From NCBI GenBank assembly GCA_039698055.1, contig JBDKTL010000007.1, positions 1-64,000 on the forward strand: a stretch of DNA of 64,000 nucleotides. The letters run 5' to 3'. The notes under the pieces are model-generated. The model was not told the origin of the DNA. It saw only the letters and a list, made by a program, of their open reading frames with translations, and made no database searches. Positions 18,022 to 28,943 of the stretch are shown one piece after another (position 1 is the first letter of the stretch; the number at the start of each line of letters is the position of its first letter). The DNA is from Methanoregula sp. (GTDB lineage: Archaea; Halobacteriota; Methanomicrobia; Methanomicrobiales; Methanospirillaceae). A program made the position numbers and the translations under genes.

Positions 18022-18519
18022 ATGAATGAAATACTTCTCTTTCTTCTTGGTATATCTGCCATCTTCCTGGTCATGTGCAGCATCGCACTGCTGGCTTTAG
18101 GAAAAATGATCGATACCTGTCCAACCGGCCAGGAGAGCGAAAGGCGGGAACGAAGCATCGCAAGCCCCGTTGAATCAACAAAACTGGCTGTTGTGCTGCT
18201 CTGGGCGCTCTTCTTTCCCGGAATGTGGGCAGTCCTTCAGGAAAACAGGATTACGCTCATTCTTGGCATAACTACGCTGTTCTCAGTCTGCCTTTTCATG
18301 ATGACGGCGCTTATCTTTTCGATTGCGGTCTTAAGTACGTTGAAACGAAAACGAAACGCTATTGGCGAGATTGAACGCCAGGCAGACATAGACTCAGCCC
18401 TGATTCACCTGGAAAAAGTGACAGGTGTCCGGGCGGTCTGCCAGGCGACAGCCCCAGAAGAACATCATAAACCGATCCACTCCCGTTCCATCGGAACTAA
18501 CTTTTTCAAACAATTCTAA
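18022..18519 (+). CDS. Hypothetical membrane protein (3 TM)
   Basis: GGAGGT RBS before MNEILL; three hydrophobic segments. Confidence 0.65.
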   Translation: MNEILLFLLGISAIFLVMCSIALLALGKMIDTCPTGQESERRERSIASPVESTKLAVVLLWALFFPGMWAVLQENRITLILGITTLFSVCLFMMTALIFSIAVLSTLKRKRNAIGEIERQADIDSALIHLEKVTGVRAVCQATAPEEHHKPIHSRSIGTNFFKQF

Positions 18520-18601
18520 CCTATCCCACCATTTTTAGCGGGGATTTTTTCGGGATACACTGTTCACCGGACTGAATTTTGTAAAAAAAAGGTCGGGGAT
18601 A

Positions 18602-19816
18602 TTATCCGAATATCTGTTTTGACTGCTCCAGCGCTTCTACTGCCGGGAGATTTTTGCCGGTCAGGAATTCGATACAGGCACCCCCGCCAGTGGAGATATG
18701 GGTGAAGTCCTTTTCGATGCCGAGCTTTTCGATGACCGCCGCTGTATGCCCGCCACCCACTACGGAAAATTCTACCTGGGATGCTGCCCGCAGCAGCTCA
18801 TAGGTGCCGGTAGCAAAATCCGGTTCCTCAAACACGCCGGCCGGGCCGTTAAAGACGACTGTGCCGCATTTTTTCAGCGCCTGCTTCAAGGTAACCAGGG
18901 CATCCATGCCAAGATCAAGGACTGGCACATCGGAAGGGATCCCTGTTACCGGATACTCCACACGGTGGTTATCCTGCCTCACGGCAACAGACTCCGGCAT
19001 AATGACCCGGTCTTTAAACCGCGCGAGGATCTCTTTTGCCTTTTCGATCTCCGGCTGGTATTTCAGCTGTGCAATCAGCTGGGTGGAGGGTTTTCCGATA
19101 TCGTAACCGGCTGCGATTAAAAAGACATTTGCAACTACTCCGATGACAATAACCTGATCCGCAATGCCGTTTTCCAGCACGTTGGCAGCGACCGCGATGG
19201 AATCATCGACTTTTGTACCGCCAAGCACCATGCAGACCGGCCGGGGGGCACCGGAAAATACTTTCGAGAGGGTGGATACTTCTTTTTCCATAAGCAGCCC
19301 GGCGGCTGATCTCATCACGAGGGGCAATCCTACAACAGTCGGCTGTGAGCGGTGAGCAGTACCAAACGCGTCGTTCACAAAAAAATCAGCCATTGCAGAA
19401 AGTTTTTTGACAATATGCGTCTTTTTTGCCTCTTCTGGCTTCATTATGAGATTTTCTTCCGCGCTGAACCGGACATTCTCAAGCATCACGATATCACCGG
19501 ATTTCATGGAATGAACGGCTTCCCGGGCATGCCGGCCAAAGATACTGTCGATGTACGTGACCGGTGTTCCAAGGAGATGCTCAAGTTTCTCGGCATGGGC
19601 TTCAAGCGTGGTAAAATCCTTTTTGCCAGGCCTGCTCTGGTGGGTGACGATAACAACACGGCTGTCTGAGAGGGCACGGATTGTCGGCAGATGTTCGCGG
19701 AATCGCTTGTCATCTAAAATAAGGTGTGAAGCGGGATCGATGGGGGAGTTTAAGTCAAGACGGAGAAGAACCGTCTTGCCGCTGCATCCCAGTTCCCGTA
19801 TAGTTCCTATCGGCAT
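18602..19816 (-). CDS. pgk: Phosphoglycerate kinase
   Basis: RLDLNSP, HQSRPG, LENVRF, NDAFGTAHRS, NGPAGVFE and HISTGGGA motifs. Confidence 0.97.
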   Translation of the reverse strand: MPIGTIRELGCSGKTVLLRLDLNSPIDPASHLILDDKRFREHLPTIRALSDSRVVIVTHQSRPGKKDFTTLEAHAEKLEHLLGTPVTYIDSIFGRHAREAVHSMKSGDIVMLENVRFSAEENLIMKPEEAKKTHIVKKLSAMADFFVNDAFGTAHRSQPTVVGLPLVMRSAAGLLMEKEVSTLSKVFSGAPRPVCMVLGGTKVDDSIAVAANVLENGIADQVIVIGVVANVFLIAAGYDIGKPSTQLIAQLKYQPEIEKAKEILARFKDRVIMPESVAVRQDNHRVEYPVTGIPSDVPVLDLGMDALVTLKQALKKCGTVVFNGPAGVFEEPDFATGTYELLRAASQVEFSVVGGGHTAAVIEKLGIEKDFTHISTGGGACIEFLTGKNLPAVEALEQSKQIFG

Positions 19817-19826
19817 ATACTCCGCC

Positions 19827-20456
19827 TTAAGCTGTACTCCGGGCTTTGATCCGTTTCATCCGGAAGAGCTCTTCACGCTCCATTTCATCAAGGCGCATCT
19901 TGATGAAATCCCGGGCAGCAGTAAGTTCTGGTATAACCTTATACTCAAGGGCGTTGACCCGCCGTTTTGTTTTCTCGATCTCATCGAGCAGGCGCTTCAT
20001 CGTGGTTTCGATCTCAGCGCTCTCAATAATCGCCTCGACAAGGTCTTCAAAGGCAGATGCAGTTTCATCGATCACCGGTGATGTGCCAAGCACGCCATAG
20101 CCGCGTTCGACAAGGGTCTTTTTTACCTTCGATGATTCGATCTGGGGAACAACAACACCCATAATGTTCTTGCTTTTTAAGGTGATCTGGGGCACTTCTT
20201 TAACCGAGAATGCGGTAGCCTTGACACCGATCGCACCTTCAACCGTGTTTGCAACAGCCATCATTTCAACGGCACGCTGGTATTTTTTCAAAAGACCGCC
20301 ACGGCTGTCCTTTGCCTCTGCAAGCACCTTAAAAAATTCCATGATCAATCCATCGCGCTTCATCTTGAGGATCTTATAGCCGCGCTCGGAGAGCTTGATC
20401 TTCCGTTTTAGGTCGATCAGTTCCGAACGGGTTGGCTTGATATCACGCAGCGCCAT
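19827..20456 (-). CDS. atpD: A/V-type ATP synthase subunit D
   Basis: KPTRSEL, LKMKRDGL, TKRRVNALE; operon position. Confidence 0.96.
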   Translation of the reverse strand: MALRDIKPTRSELIDLKRKIKLSERGYKILKMKRDGLIMEFFKVLAEAKDSRGGLLKKYQRAVEMMAVANTVEGAIGVKATAFSVKEVPQITLKSKNIMGVVVPQIESSKVKKTLVERGYGVLGTSPVIDETASAFEDLVEAIIESAEIETTMKRLLDEIEKTKRRVNALEYKVIPELTAARDFIKMRLDEMEREELFRMKRIKARSTA

Positions 20457-20463
20457 GGACTTT

Positions 20464-21852
20464 TTACTCCTTCTTTGCACCAGTTCTAAATTTCGGGTGG
20501 TATTTGTTGATCAGGTCGCGGTCGATACGGGTCAGCTGTTCAACCGGCAGCGTCGACAGGATCTCCCAGCCAATGGTGAGCGTGTCCTCGATGGTCCGAT
20601 CCTCGTCGTAACCCTGCCGGACAAAGCGGTTCTCGAAGAGATCCGCAAACTCCAGCAGCAGCCGGTCACGTTCGGAGAGGGCGTCCTTACCGACGATGGC
20701 GACGAGACCGCGGAGGTCGTTACCTTCCGCATACCCGGCGTACATCTGGTCGGAGACCTTCTTGTGGTCCTCACGGGTCTTACCCTTGCCGATACCGAGG
20801 TTCATAAGACGTGACAGCGAGGGCAGCACGTTGATGGGCGGGTAGATACCTTTGCGGTGCAGTTCACGGCTGACCACGATCTGGCCTTCGGTGATATAAC
20901 CGGTCAGGTCGGGGATCGGGTGGGTGATATCGTCACCGGGCATCGTTAAGATCGGGATCTGGGTAACAGAGCCCTTCTTGCCCTTGATCATACCGGCACG
21001 CTCGTAGATGCAGGCGAGATCCGTGTACATGTACCCCGGGTAGCCACGGCGACCGGGCACTTCTTCACGGGCCGCACCGATCTGGCGGAGCGCTTCACAA
21101 TAGTTGGTCATATCCGTCAGGATGACGAGCACGTGCATACCGAGCTCGAAGGCAAGGTACTCTGCGGTGGTCAAGGCGAGACGGGGCGTGATGATACGCT
21201 CGACAGCCGGGTCATCTGCAAGGTTAAGGAACACGACGGCACGTTCGAGAGCACCGGTGCGCTCGAAGTCGGCCATGAAGTAGTTCGCTTCTTCCTTTGT
21301 GATACCCATTGCAGCAAAGACCACGGCGAAATTCTCGGTCGAACCGGGCACCTTTGCCTGCCGGGCGATCTGGAGCGCAACATTGTTGTGCGGCAGACCT
21401 GCTGCCGAGAAGATCGGGAGCTTCTGTCCACGGACAAGGGTGTTTGTCCCGTCGATCGTGGAGATACCGGTCTGGATGAAATCCGCCGGCATGCCACGGG
21501 CATACGGGTTGATCGCAGCACCGGTGATGTCGAGGCGCTTTTCCGGCACAATCTCCGGGCCGCCGTCGATTGGCTTACCGCCACCGGACAGGATACGGCC
21601 GAGCATCTCCCTGCCGACCGGCATCTTGATGGTCTCGCCGGTGAACCGGACGCCGCTGTCCCTGCCGATACCCGTTGTGGTCTCGAAGATCTGAACAACG
21701 ACCATTTCGTCGCTTGTATCCAGCACCTGGCCACGCTTGATCGTGCCGTCGGAAAGAACCACGTTGACGAGTTCCTGGTACGCGATAGGTTCGGTCTTCT
21801 CTACAAAGACAAGCGGACCGGCAATTTTTGTGATAGTCCTGTATTCCTTCAT
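20464..21852 (-). CDS. atpB: A/V-type ATP synthase subunit B
   Basis: [35 protein letters not shown]. Confidence 0.98.
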   Translation of the reverse strand: MKEYRTITKIAGPLVFVEKTEPIAYQELVNVVLSDGTIKRGQVLDTSDEMVVVQIFETTTGIGRDSGVRFTGETIKMPVGREMLGRILSGGGKPIDGGPEIVPEKRLDITGAAINPYARGMPADFIQTGISTIDGTNTLVRGQKLPIFSAAGLPHNNVALQIARQAKVPGSTENFAVVFAAMGITKEEANYFMADFERTGALERAVVFLNLADDPAVERIITPRLALTTAEYLAFELGMHVLVILTDMTNYCEALRQIGAAREEVPGRRGYPGYMYTDLACIYERAGMIKGKKGSVTQIPILTMPGDDITHPIPDLTGYITEGQIVVSRELHRKGIYPPINVLPSLSRLMNLGIGKGKTREDHKKVSDQMYAGYAEGNDLRGLVAIVGKDALSERDRLLLEFADLFENRFVRQGYDEDRTIEDTLTIGWEILSTLPVEQLTRIDRDLINKYHPKFRTGAKKE

Positions 21853-23615
21853 GCTGCCGACCTCAGTGTGTTGAACTCTGCGTCCATTTCCTTCTCGATC
21901 TTCGCAAGTTCGGGCTTGTAGTCCTTGATGAACTTGATCTGGGGCAGTTCGTTCTTCGACTTGACCGCGATGATCTGTGCCGGGCTGATACCAGCTACCT
22001 GGGCAGCATAGGCATAGTCAGCGAAGGTCTTGATCGCCTTTAACATATCATACTGCTTCTTCATGTCGCAGTAGGTGTCGACCGCGTCGTAGGCGTTCTG
22101 CTGGAGGAAGATCTCACGGATCATACGGGCGACCTCGATCGTCACCTGCTCTGACTCGGGCAGGGCGTCGGAACCGACGAGCTGCACGATCTCCTGGAGT
22201 TCTGCCTCTTTCTGGAGAACTTCCATGGCCCAGGACCGGATCTTGTTCCAGTCGGGGGAGACCTCCTTGTCGTACCAATCGTGGAGGGCGTCAAGGTACA
22301 GTGAGTACGAGTTGAGCCAGTTGATCGCCGGGAAGTGCCGGCGCTGGGAGAGCTTTGCGTCAAGAGCCCAGAAGACTTTCACAATACGGAGCGTGTTCTG
22401 GGTGACCGGTTCCGAGAAGTCCCCACCGGGTGGTGAGACTGCACCGATAACCGAGACCGACCCGGATTTTCCGTTTAAGGTCTCGACAAGACCGGCACGC
22501 TCGTAGAACTCCGAGAGCCGGGCTGCGAGGTATGCCGGGTATCCTTCTTCGCCGGGCATCTCTTCAAGACGGGACGAGATTTCTCTCATCGCTTCTGCCC
22601 ACCGGGAGGTCGAGTCTGCCATTAAGGAGACATCGTATCCCATGTCACGGAAGTACTCTGCTATGGTGATACCGGTGTACACGGATGCTTCACGGGCCGC
22701 GACCGGCATGTTGGAGGTGTTTGCGATGAGCACCGTCCGCTCCATCAAGGGCTTTCCGGACTTCGGATCCTCAAGACTCGGGAACTCCGTAAGAACTTCC
22801 GTCATCTCGTTCCCCCGTTCTCCGCAGCCGATGTAGACCACGATCTCGGCATCCGACCACTTTGCGAGCTGCTGCTGGGTAACGGTCTTGCCGCTCCCGA
22901 ACGGGCCGGGAATTGCAGCAGTGCCGCCCTTTGCAATCGGGAAGAGACCGTCGAGAATCCGCTGACCGGTGATCAGGGGGATCGTCGGGTTCTTCTTCTC
23001 TTTCACCGGGCGGGGAACACGGACCGGCCAGCGCTGGAGCATCGGGTACTCCCGACCGTCATCGAGAACACAGATCGTCTCGTCGATGTTGAAATCCCCG
23101 CTCTTGATCGTTTTAACAACGCCAGGTTTGGCGTTGGGGGGGATCATCACTTTATGGACGATGTTGGTTTCCTGGACTTCGCCAAGGATTGCGCCCGGCT
23201 CGACCTTGTCGCCAGCCTTTACCACCGGCTTAAAGGTCCACTTCTTGTCATGGGAGAGCCCGGGTGCGGTGACACCACGCTCAATGAAGTTTCCCATCTT
23301 TTTTACAAGTACTTCAAGGGGACGCTGAATACCATCATAAATACTGGTCAGAAGCCCGGGACCCAGCTCAACAGAGAGCGAAAGACCGGTGTTTACTACC
23401 GGCTCACCGGGTCTGATACCCGAGGTGTCCTCATAGACCTGGATGATGACGTTATCACCCTGGATTTTGATGACTTCTCCCATCAGCGCTTCTTTGCCGA
23501 CCTTCACCACATCGTACATGTGGGCGTCAAGATTGACTGCCGTAACGACAGGGCCGGCGATTCGTTTCAGAACCCCTTGTTTTGCAATTTTCGTTTTTTC
23601 GTTTTTCACTTCCAC
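21849..23615 (-). CDS. atpA: A/V-type ATP synthase subunit A
   Basis: GPFGSGKT Walker [22 protein letters not shown]; no intein. Confidence 0.98.
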   Translation of the reverse strand: MEVKNEKTKIAKQGVLKRIAGPVVTAVNLDAHMYDVVKVGKEALMGEVIKIQGDNVIIQVYEDTSGIRPGEPVVNTGLSLSVELGPGLLTSIYDGIQRPLEVLVKKMGNFIERGVTAPGLSHDKKWTFKPVVKAGDKVEPGAILGEVQETNIVHKVMIPPNAKPGVVKTIKSGDFNIDETICVLDDGREYPMLQRWPVRVPRPVKEKKNPTIPLITGQRILDGLFPIAKGGTAAIPGPFGSGKTVTQQQLAKWSDAEIVVYIGCGERGNEMTEVLTEFPSLEDPKSGKPLMERTVLIANTSNMPVAAREASVYTGITIAEYFRDMGYDVSLMADSTSRWAEAMREISSRLEEMPGEEGYPAYLAARLSEFYERAGLVETLNGKSGSVSVIGAVSPPGGDFSEPVTQNTLRIVKVFWALDAKLSQRRHFPAINWLNSYSLYLDALHDWYDKEVSPDWNKIRSWAMEVLQKEAELQEIVQLVGSDALPESEQVTIEVARMIREIFLQQNAYDAVDTYCDMKKQYDMLKAIKTFADYAYAAQVAGISPAQIIAVKSKNELPQIKFIKDYKPELAKIEKEMDAEFNTLRSAA

Positions 23616-23908
23616 AGATCAACACCCACCGATCTCTTGATTTTTTCTCTCATTGACATGCCGCTCTCTTCACCGCCGATCGCAATAACGGTCGGCTTCA
23701 CCGAGTTGTCCAGGGTGACACGAAGCCTGCGGGGAATTTTATCCATATCGCTGCTGTTGAGGACAAGAATGCCAACCTGCCCGTCCGAAAGGACACTGGT
23801 GATGCATTCGCTGAGTTTTTCATCGGTCTCAGCCGTGTAGGTTTTCCGGATACCCGCAAGCCTGAAGCCGAGAATAAACTCGCTGTTGCCAATGACTGCA
23901 ATCTCCAT
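23606..23908 (-). CDS. atpF: A/V-type ATP synthase subunit F
   Basis: IAVIG...GFRLAG; [10 protein letters not shown] end. Confidence 0.95.
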   Translation of the reverse strand: MEIAVIGNSEFILGFRLAGIRKTYTAETDEKLSECITSVLSDGQVGILVLNSSDMDKIPRRLRVTLDNSVKPTVIAIGGEESGMSMREKIKRSVGVDLWK

Positions 23909-24967
23909 TTACATCACCAGATATTCCCTGATTGTTTCTGAGGGTAGTTTGGATTCTTTTCCCCGGGCAAGCGCACGCAGGTTGAACACTTCGTATTTTT
24001 TCTTTTCCAGGTAGACAAGAATGGGGTAAATGGAAAACGGGTTGCGTTTTGAGAGTTTCTCCATCTGCTCCAACTGGACCCGGGTCAGCCGGACTTCCAT
24101 ATCACGGTGCACCGGGGCATCACCTTTCATTTCTTCAAGGAGGGAAAGAATTGGCTTTGACCGTATCTTTGCCTTGAGCGTATCAACAAATTCACCCTGA
24201 TCGCGGATTGCATTCAACGCGGTGAAATCTGTCGCTGACAGATCCCCGCCCGGGATATGCATCTCGCGGGCGTCCGTGCCCGATCCGTCAGCCCGGAGCC
24301 TGAAGAGAGTTTTTACATTCTTGATGTTGATATCCAGCCGGATAAAGTCAAGGAACAGATTTCCGCCCTTGATGCCGCTTTCTGCATCGACAATGATCTC
24401 CTGATAGAACTGCTTGTAGAGGTCGTTTTCCATATGCGAGAACGAACCGCTCTCTTTAGCTGCAGGATATTCACGGGCGATGACGGGATACATCCGGTGC
24501 CCTTTGAGCATATCGATGATCCTGTCGGTGCTCTCCTCTGCCAGCATGCGATCGAGCGCTACCCGATCGAGACTGCCGGCGGGCACGAGGATCTCCTTTA
24601 TCTTTCCCGCCTTTTCTCCCTGGAATTTGCCACGGAGAATAGTAAGGACATTCTGGATATCCCAGCGTCGGAGATATGCCCGTGTGAACTGTTTTAATGT
24701 GCCCGGTGTGATCTCCAGGATCTTCTGGTATTCCTTTGCAAGATTCCAGGAAAGTGCAACCTCGATGAGATCAATACCCTTGAAAGTAGTCCCGAGCTCA
24801 TCGATCTCCTGTTTATACGCCGTTTCTTCAATAATACGGGTGATTTCAGGAAGACTCATGTTGAGCATCCGCAGGTATTCCTCGCGGGGGATAAGGGAGG
24901 CTTTTCTCACCCTCATACGGGTACAGACATAAATGTACGGTGCTGAGACAGTGCTCATTGCAGCCAT
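23909..24967 (-). CDS. atpC: A/V-type ATP synthase subunit C
   Basis: Y.Y...R.R, WDIQN..T.LR, EV.NLR..ARG; operon position. Confidence 0.95.
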   Translation of the reverse strand: MAAMSTVSAPYIYVCTRMRVRKASLIPREEYLRMLNMSLPEITRIIEETAYKQEIDELGTTFKGIDLIEVALSWNLAKEYQKILEITPGTLKQFTRAYLRRWDIQNVLTILRGKFQGEKAGKIKEILVPAGSLDRVALDRMLAEESTDRIIDMLKGHRMYPVIAREYPAAKESGSFSHMENDLYKQFYQEIIVDAESGIKGGNLFLDFIRLDINIKNVKTLFRLRADGSGTDAREMHIPGGDLSATDFTALNAIRDQGEFVDTLKAKIRSKPILSLLEEMKGDAPVHRDMEVRLTRVQLEQMEKLSKRNPFSIYPILVYLEKKKYEVFNLRALARGKESKLPSETIREYLVM

Positions 24968-24973
24968 GCCCCC

Positions 24974-25552
24974 TTAACCGAACAGGATATCGGATGCATC
25001 CTTTAACCCGGATTCCCACACCTTTGCAAGGAATGTGCGGTAACTATAGTCAATCTGCAACTCGGCTCCTTCACTTTCGATGAGGATCCCGCCATCAATA
25101 TCTACCGGATTTCCGAGTTTGAATCCTGAAAATTCAGGATTCTCGGTAATGACAGCTTTTGCTGCTGCCATATCACGGGAATTGCAATAGATCTGGCCTT
25201 TGGAGATCTCCTTTTTTGCTTCAGTGAGGAGTTTTTTGATGGCTTCACGATGGAAGCTCTCAGGGAGCCGGGCAATTTCTTCCCGCGTGGATTCGTAAAC
25301 CTTGTCCAGAAGTGCTTTCTGGGTATTCAGGATCTCACGCTTGACCAGAAGGTTTGCTGCAGATATTTCCTGGGCAACAACATAACTCGTGTGTTTTGTG
25401 GATTCCGCGTCTGCGGCGAGTTTGATCTCTTCAACACGCTTGTTTGATGCTGCAAGAATTTTATCTACGTCCTGCTTTGACTCTGCACCTATCGCTTCTG
25501 CTTCTTTTTTGCCTTTTTCCCTGATCTCTTCAACAACGGCTTCCAGTCCCAT
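24974..25552 (-). CDS. atpE: A/V-type ATP synthase subunit E
   Basis: MGLEAVVEEI coiled coil, IDGGILI...DYSY. Confidence 0.93.
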   Translation of the reverse strand: MGLEAVVEEIREKGKKEAEAIGAESKQDVDKILAASNKRVEEIKLAADAESTKHTSYVVAQEISAANLLVKREILNTQKALLDKVYESTREEIARLPESFHREAIKKLLTEAKKEISKGQIYCNSRDMAAAKAVITENPEFSGFKLGNPVDIDGGILIESEGAELQIDYSYRTFLAKVWESGLKDASDILFG

Positions 25553-25567
25553 TGTCTGCTCCTTACC

Positions 25568-25837
25568 TTAGAATAACAGCAGGAGACCGACGACCAGACC
25601 GAAGATGACGATGGTTTCAGGAATGACGGTGAAGAGAAGTGCAAGGCCGAACATATCTTTGTTTTCCGCGACTGCTCCCACAGCGGCAGAACCGATACCC
25701 ATTTCGGCAAGTCCGGTACCGATACCGGTAAGACCAACGGCGATACCTGCGCCGAGTGCCTTCATTCCCATCTGCGATGCCTTGATTGCTTCAATACTTG
25801 CATTTACATCCAGTGCTGCTACAACTTCTGCTGCCAT
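25568..25837 (-). CDS. atpK: A/V-type ATP synthase subunit K (c, proteolipid)
   Basis: Single hairpin, Gly-rich helix, ion-binding IPETIVIFG. Confidence 0.95.
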   Translation of the reverse strand: MAAEVVAALDVNASIEAIKASQMGMKALGAGIAVGLTGIGTGLAEMGIGSAAVGAVAENKDMFGLALLFTVIPETIVIFGLVVGLLLLF

Positions 25838-25840
25838 AAT

Positions 25841-27811
25841 TTAATCCTCCGTAAATCTTCTGTTCATTCCAAATGGACTGTACTTTTTTCCTCCACCCTT
25901 ATAGAATTTGGTGAAGAATTCGACGTAGTGCAAACGGATCGAGTGGAGTCCGCCACCCAGGATGCCAAGCGCTACGTTCAGCGTGTGCCCGATCAGAAAC
26001 ACCAGCACACCGATGATGATGATGAAAATTCCAACAATTGAGAGATTTTTTAACTGCGGCTCGATGAACATCCCGATTGCCATATAATTGACCACCATGG
26101 CAATGGCGACGGATGAGAGCCCTACCGCGACGATACGGGCATAGGAAAGCACGTGGGAAATAATCGTCGGGATTTCAACAATCTCAAGCACAGAGTCGCG
26201 GGCGATACAGATAATCCCGACAACAATAAGGACTGCGCCGATAACGGTACTCAGTTTCAGCCCGGCTGCAATTACCGGGAACCCGGAAAGATCGGGCATG
26301 AACGGTAATGCGAACATCGACCAGATTGCAATGAGAATCCCCCACATTACTCCAATCCAGCCGAAATTGGCAAGAACTGCCTTCATGCGGTGTTCCCCAT
26401 GATCCTGGTTTGCATGATTGATCATGCCCAGAACACGGCCGAGCGTGATATGCAGGATGCCAATCCAGATCGACATGATCATCAGTTCGGGGATTGCCGG
26501 TCCCGCTGCGCCTGCTTCGCCACCGATGTTTAAGTGACGGGAGAATATAATCGGATTCCATGGCAGTTCAAACCCAAGGAACTCGCTGAATAACAAACCA
26601 AAGATGATGCTCGATATGCTGGCGTTCCGTAATACGGTAAGGAGCTGCCGGCCCTCTTCACCTTTGAAGATCTTGCGGAGCCCGAGCGCCAGTGCCAGAA
26701 GCAGCAAACCGTACCCGACATCACCAAGAATCAACCCAAAGAAGAGGGGAAACACAATGGAAACCATCAGCGTTGGATCGATCTCGGTGTAATTCGGACG
26801 TGAGTAGACATCCATAAGCATCTGCGTAGGTTTTGCAAACGACGGATTGTTATACTCTACCGGAACCGCGTCATGTTCGAGGTCAATTGGCAGTTCTGTG
26901 ACAAAGATTTTCCCCTTGGTAATCTTCTCCAGTTCCGCACTGACTGCTGCAACGTCGGTTGAAGGCACCCAGCCCTCGGCCACAAAGGTTTCCTGCGTCG
27001 TGGCAAACCGGAGCGGTGCTTCTGTCCGCTCTACCTCGGCTTTCAGGATCTCTTCACATGCGGCAAGGAATTCGGTGTTCTTCTGTTTGAGCTCGTCCAG
27101 GTTCCGGTTGATCTCATCAATCTCTTTTTTGATCAGATCCACCTGCCCGGTGTAGAATTCTATACGGGCCTGTGGCGATCCGGATTCTTCAGGAACTGAA
27201 ACGGACTGGTACCCCGATTCCTGCAGCGCCTTTTCGACAACACTTTTATCCTCGTTGCGGGCGACAACAACAATAAAATTCCGGTCTTTTCCTTTTGTGA
27301 TACTGATCTCACTGGGAACACTCAGGGCTACATCGTGCATTACATACCCGGCAAATACACTAAAGCCCCGGTACCCCCGGTACATGTCAAGATCGCCGGA
27401 AAGTCCGGAAAACGGCGTGATCTCCGCGATCTTCTGCTCGCACTCTTTTACTTTTGCATCAAGTTTTGAGCGTTTGCCGGATAATAATTCAACTTCATGC
27501 TCGAGCCCGGGAAGATCATGTTCGATTTTTGCCCGAAGCCCGGCCTTCTGTTGTTTCTCCTTAGGCTCCACATCATCGCTGTGAAGAGAGAATACATTGC
27601 CGATGGCACGGACTTTGACCAGATCGGTTGATGCCTCGCTTGCACCAGCCAAAGGAGTGCCAATCTTAAAGCCCTCGTAGGCTTCACTGCCCTGATCAAC
27701 AAATTCCTCAATATGAAACAGATGACGGCGATAGAGCTCGGCAATAACCGGACCCATCTGATCCCGCGATGCAACAATCAGCAGCCGACTCATCTGTTTA
27801 GGCTTGAACAT
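25841..27811 (-). CDS. atpI: A/V-type ATP synthase subunit I (a)
   Basis: EIDPT, GDVGYG, SYARI and LRLHYVEFF-like motifs. Confidence 0.96.
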   Translation of the reverse strand: MFKPKQMSRLLIVASRDQMGPVIAELYRRHLFHIEEFVDQGSEAYEGFKIGTPLAGASEASTDLVKVRAIGNVFSLHSDDVEPKEKQQKAGLRAKIEHDLPGLEHEVELLSGKRSKLDAKVKECEQKIAEITPFSGLSGDLDMYRGYRGFSVFAGYVMHDVALSVPSEISITKGKDRNFIVVVARNEDKSVVEKALQESGYQSVSVPEESGSPQARIEFYTGQVDLIKKEIDEINRNLDELKQKNTEFLAACEEILKAEVERTEAPLRFATTQETFVAEGWVPSTDVAAVSAELEKITKGKIFVTELPIDLEHDAVPVEYNNPSFAKPTQMLMDVYSRPNYTEIDPTLMVSIVFPLFFGLILGDVGYGLLLLALALGLRKIFKGEEGRQLLTVLRNASISSIIFGLLFSEFLGFELPWNPIIFSRHLNIGGEAGAAGPAIPELMIMSIWIGILHITLGRVLGMINHANQDHGEHRMKAVLANFGWIGVMWGILIAIWSMFALPFMPDLSGFPVIAAGLKLSTVIGAVLIVVGIICIARDSVLEIVEIPTIISHVLSYARIVAVGLSSVAIAMVVNYMAIGMFIEPQLKNLSIVGIFIIIIGVLVFLIGHTLNVALGILGGGLHSIRLHYVEFFTKFYKGGGKKYSPFGMNRRFTED

Positions 27812-28127
27812 GCAGCTGCTCCTTAAACCGCGAAACCAGCAGTTGCACTGCTTTTGAAAGGTTGCCTGAACCTTTTACCTTGAGTGCCGCTGCACGCTGA
27901 TTGCCCGCGTTCATGATTTCAGCGTGTTTAAGTGCTGCCTGTTGCCGTGCTTCTTCCAGTTTCAGCTTCTTGTACTGTTCTGCATTGCTCTGCGCTTTTG
28001 TAATCAGGTTATCCGCTTCCAGCTCAGCATGAGAATGTTTGCGCTTTTTCTCATCCTGAGCCGCACTGATCACCGATTGGTACTCTTCTTCTGCTTTTTT
28101 GATGTCTCTCAAGACCTCAGTTTTCAT
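27798..28127 (-). CDS. atpH: A-type ATP synthase subunit H (G)
   Basis: Helical charged 109-aa protein, first gene of the operon. Confidence 0.85.
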   Translation of the reverse strand: MKTEVLRDIKKAEEEYQSVISAAQDEKKRKHSHAELEADNLITKAQSNAEQYKKLKLEEARQQAALKHAEIMNAGNQRAAALKVKGSGNLSKAVQLLVSRFKEQLHVQA

Positions 28128-28238
28128 CCAACCCTCCTCTCACGGCAATACAATAATTGGTGAAAAAAACCATATATGTATTGTTATTTACGTTCTTTTA
28201 CGGTTTCATTCATTCTAAAAAAAATAAATACCTAAGAA

Positions 28239-28715
28239 TTATGTAAAAATTACCGGTAATGGTTCGTTTTTTATCTGTTTTGGAATGATCCCCGGCGGCA
28301 GGGTCGAGAATGTTATCCCATCCGTGGTTCCGGTAATAGTTATTCCAGATAGTTCACCGGCAGAGCAGACAAGGTGCTGTTCCGGATGCGTCCCCCGGCA
28401 GATTGTACTGTTGGTCGTAACAGACGGGCCAACGGATACGACATACGAGATCCGTTTCGATCCCGGATGATCTTTTGGCAGCACGAGCAGGGGGAGATGG
28501 TATTTCCGGATAAGTTCAAGCAGCATCATCGCTGGCTCAACCGGGCCGCCCTCGGGAGCCGAAACCACTACCACATCGCCCGGGAATACCCCCTGGCAAT
28601 ATTCATCCTGAAATGTTTCAATACAGAGGGGAAACCGGTCTTTTATGAGCCCGGCCAGCAAAAAAGAATTTTTACCCTTAATCAGCAGCAATTCATCTGC
28701 CAGTGGAGGGTTCAT
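28239..28715 (-). CDS. Conserved hypothetical protein
   Basis: Likely start MNPPLADE overlapping the upstream stop (ATGA); HPGS.R and RGTHPEQH motifs. Confidence 0.7.
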   Translation of the reverse strand: MNPPLADELLLIKGKNSFLLAGLIKDRFPLCIETFQDEYCQGVFPGDVVVVSAPEGGPVEPAMMLLELIRKYHLPLLVLPKDHPGSKRISYVVSVGPSVTTNSTICRGTHPEQHLVCSAGELSGITITGTTDGITFSTLPPGIIPKQIKNEPLPVIFT

Positions 28716-28867
28716 ATCTCCATAACTTGTTCTGACTGGCAGCTTGGGCACATGGGCCGTTTTCCGATACCCTTGAAACGCTCACCGCACTCTTTGCACC
28801 GGTAATCTTTGCCGGTCACCCGGTCAGGGGGAAGATCAATATCAGTAGGCCCGCCAACACTACACAT
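28712..28867 (-). CDS. Small zinc-ribbon protein (51 aa; absent from ORF track)
   Basis: MCSVGGPTDIDLPPDRVTGKDYRCKECGERFKGIGKRPMCPSCQSEQVMEI; two CxxC; GAGGTGA RBS; stop overlaps next start. Confidence 0.85.
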   Translation of the reverse strand: MCSVGGPTDIDLPPDRVTGKDYRCKECGERFKGIGKRPMCPSCQSEQVMEI

Positions 28868-28943
28868 AAACCACAGTCACCTCATCACAACATCTTCATG
28901 TCATTATTTATTTGTTTCTCATTCGTGTTTTTTAAGGTGATTT

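Noticed and set aside
21133-23840. Long antisense ORFs opposite atpA/atpB (and similar ones opposite purM, lysC, SSS and tfrA)
   Set aside because: Shadow ORFs expected from GC3-rich coding strands
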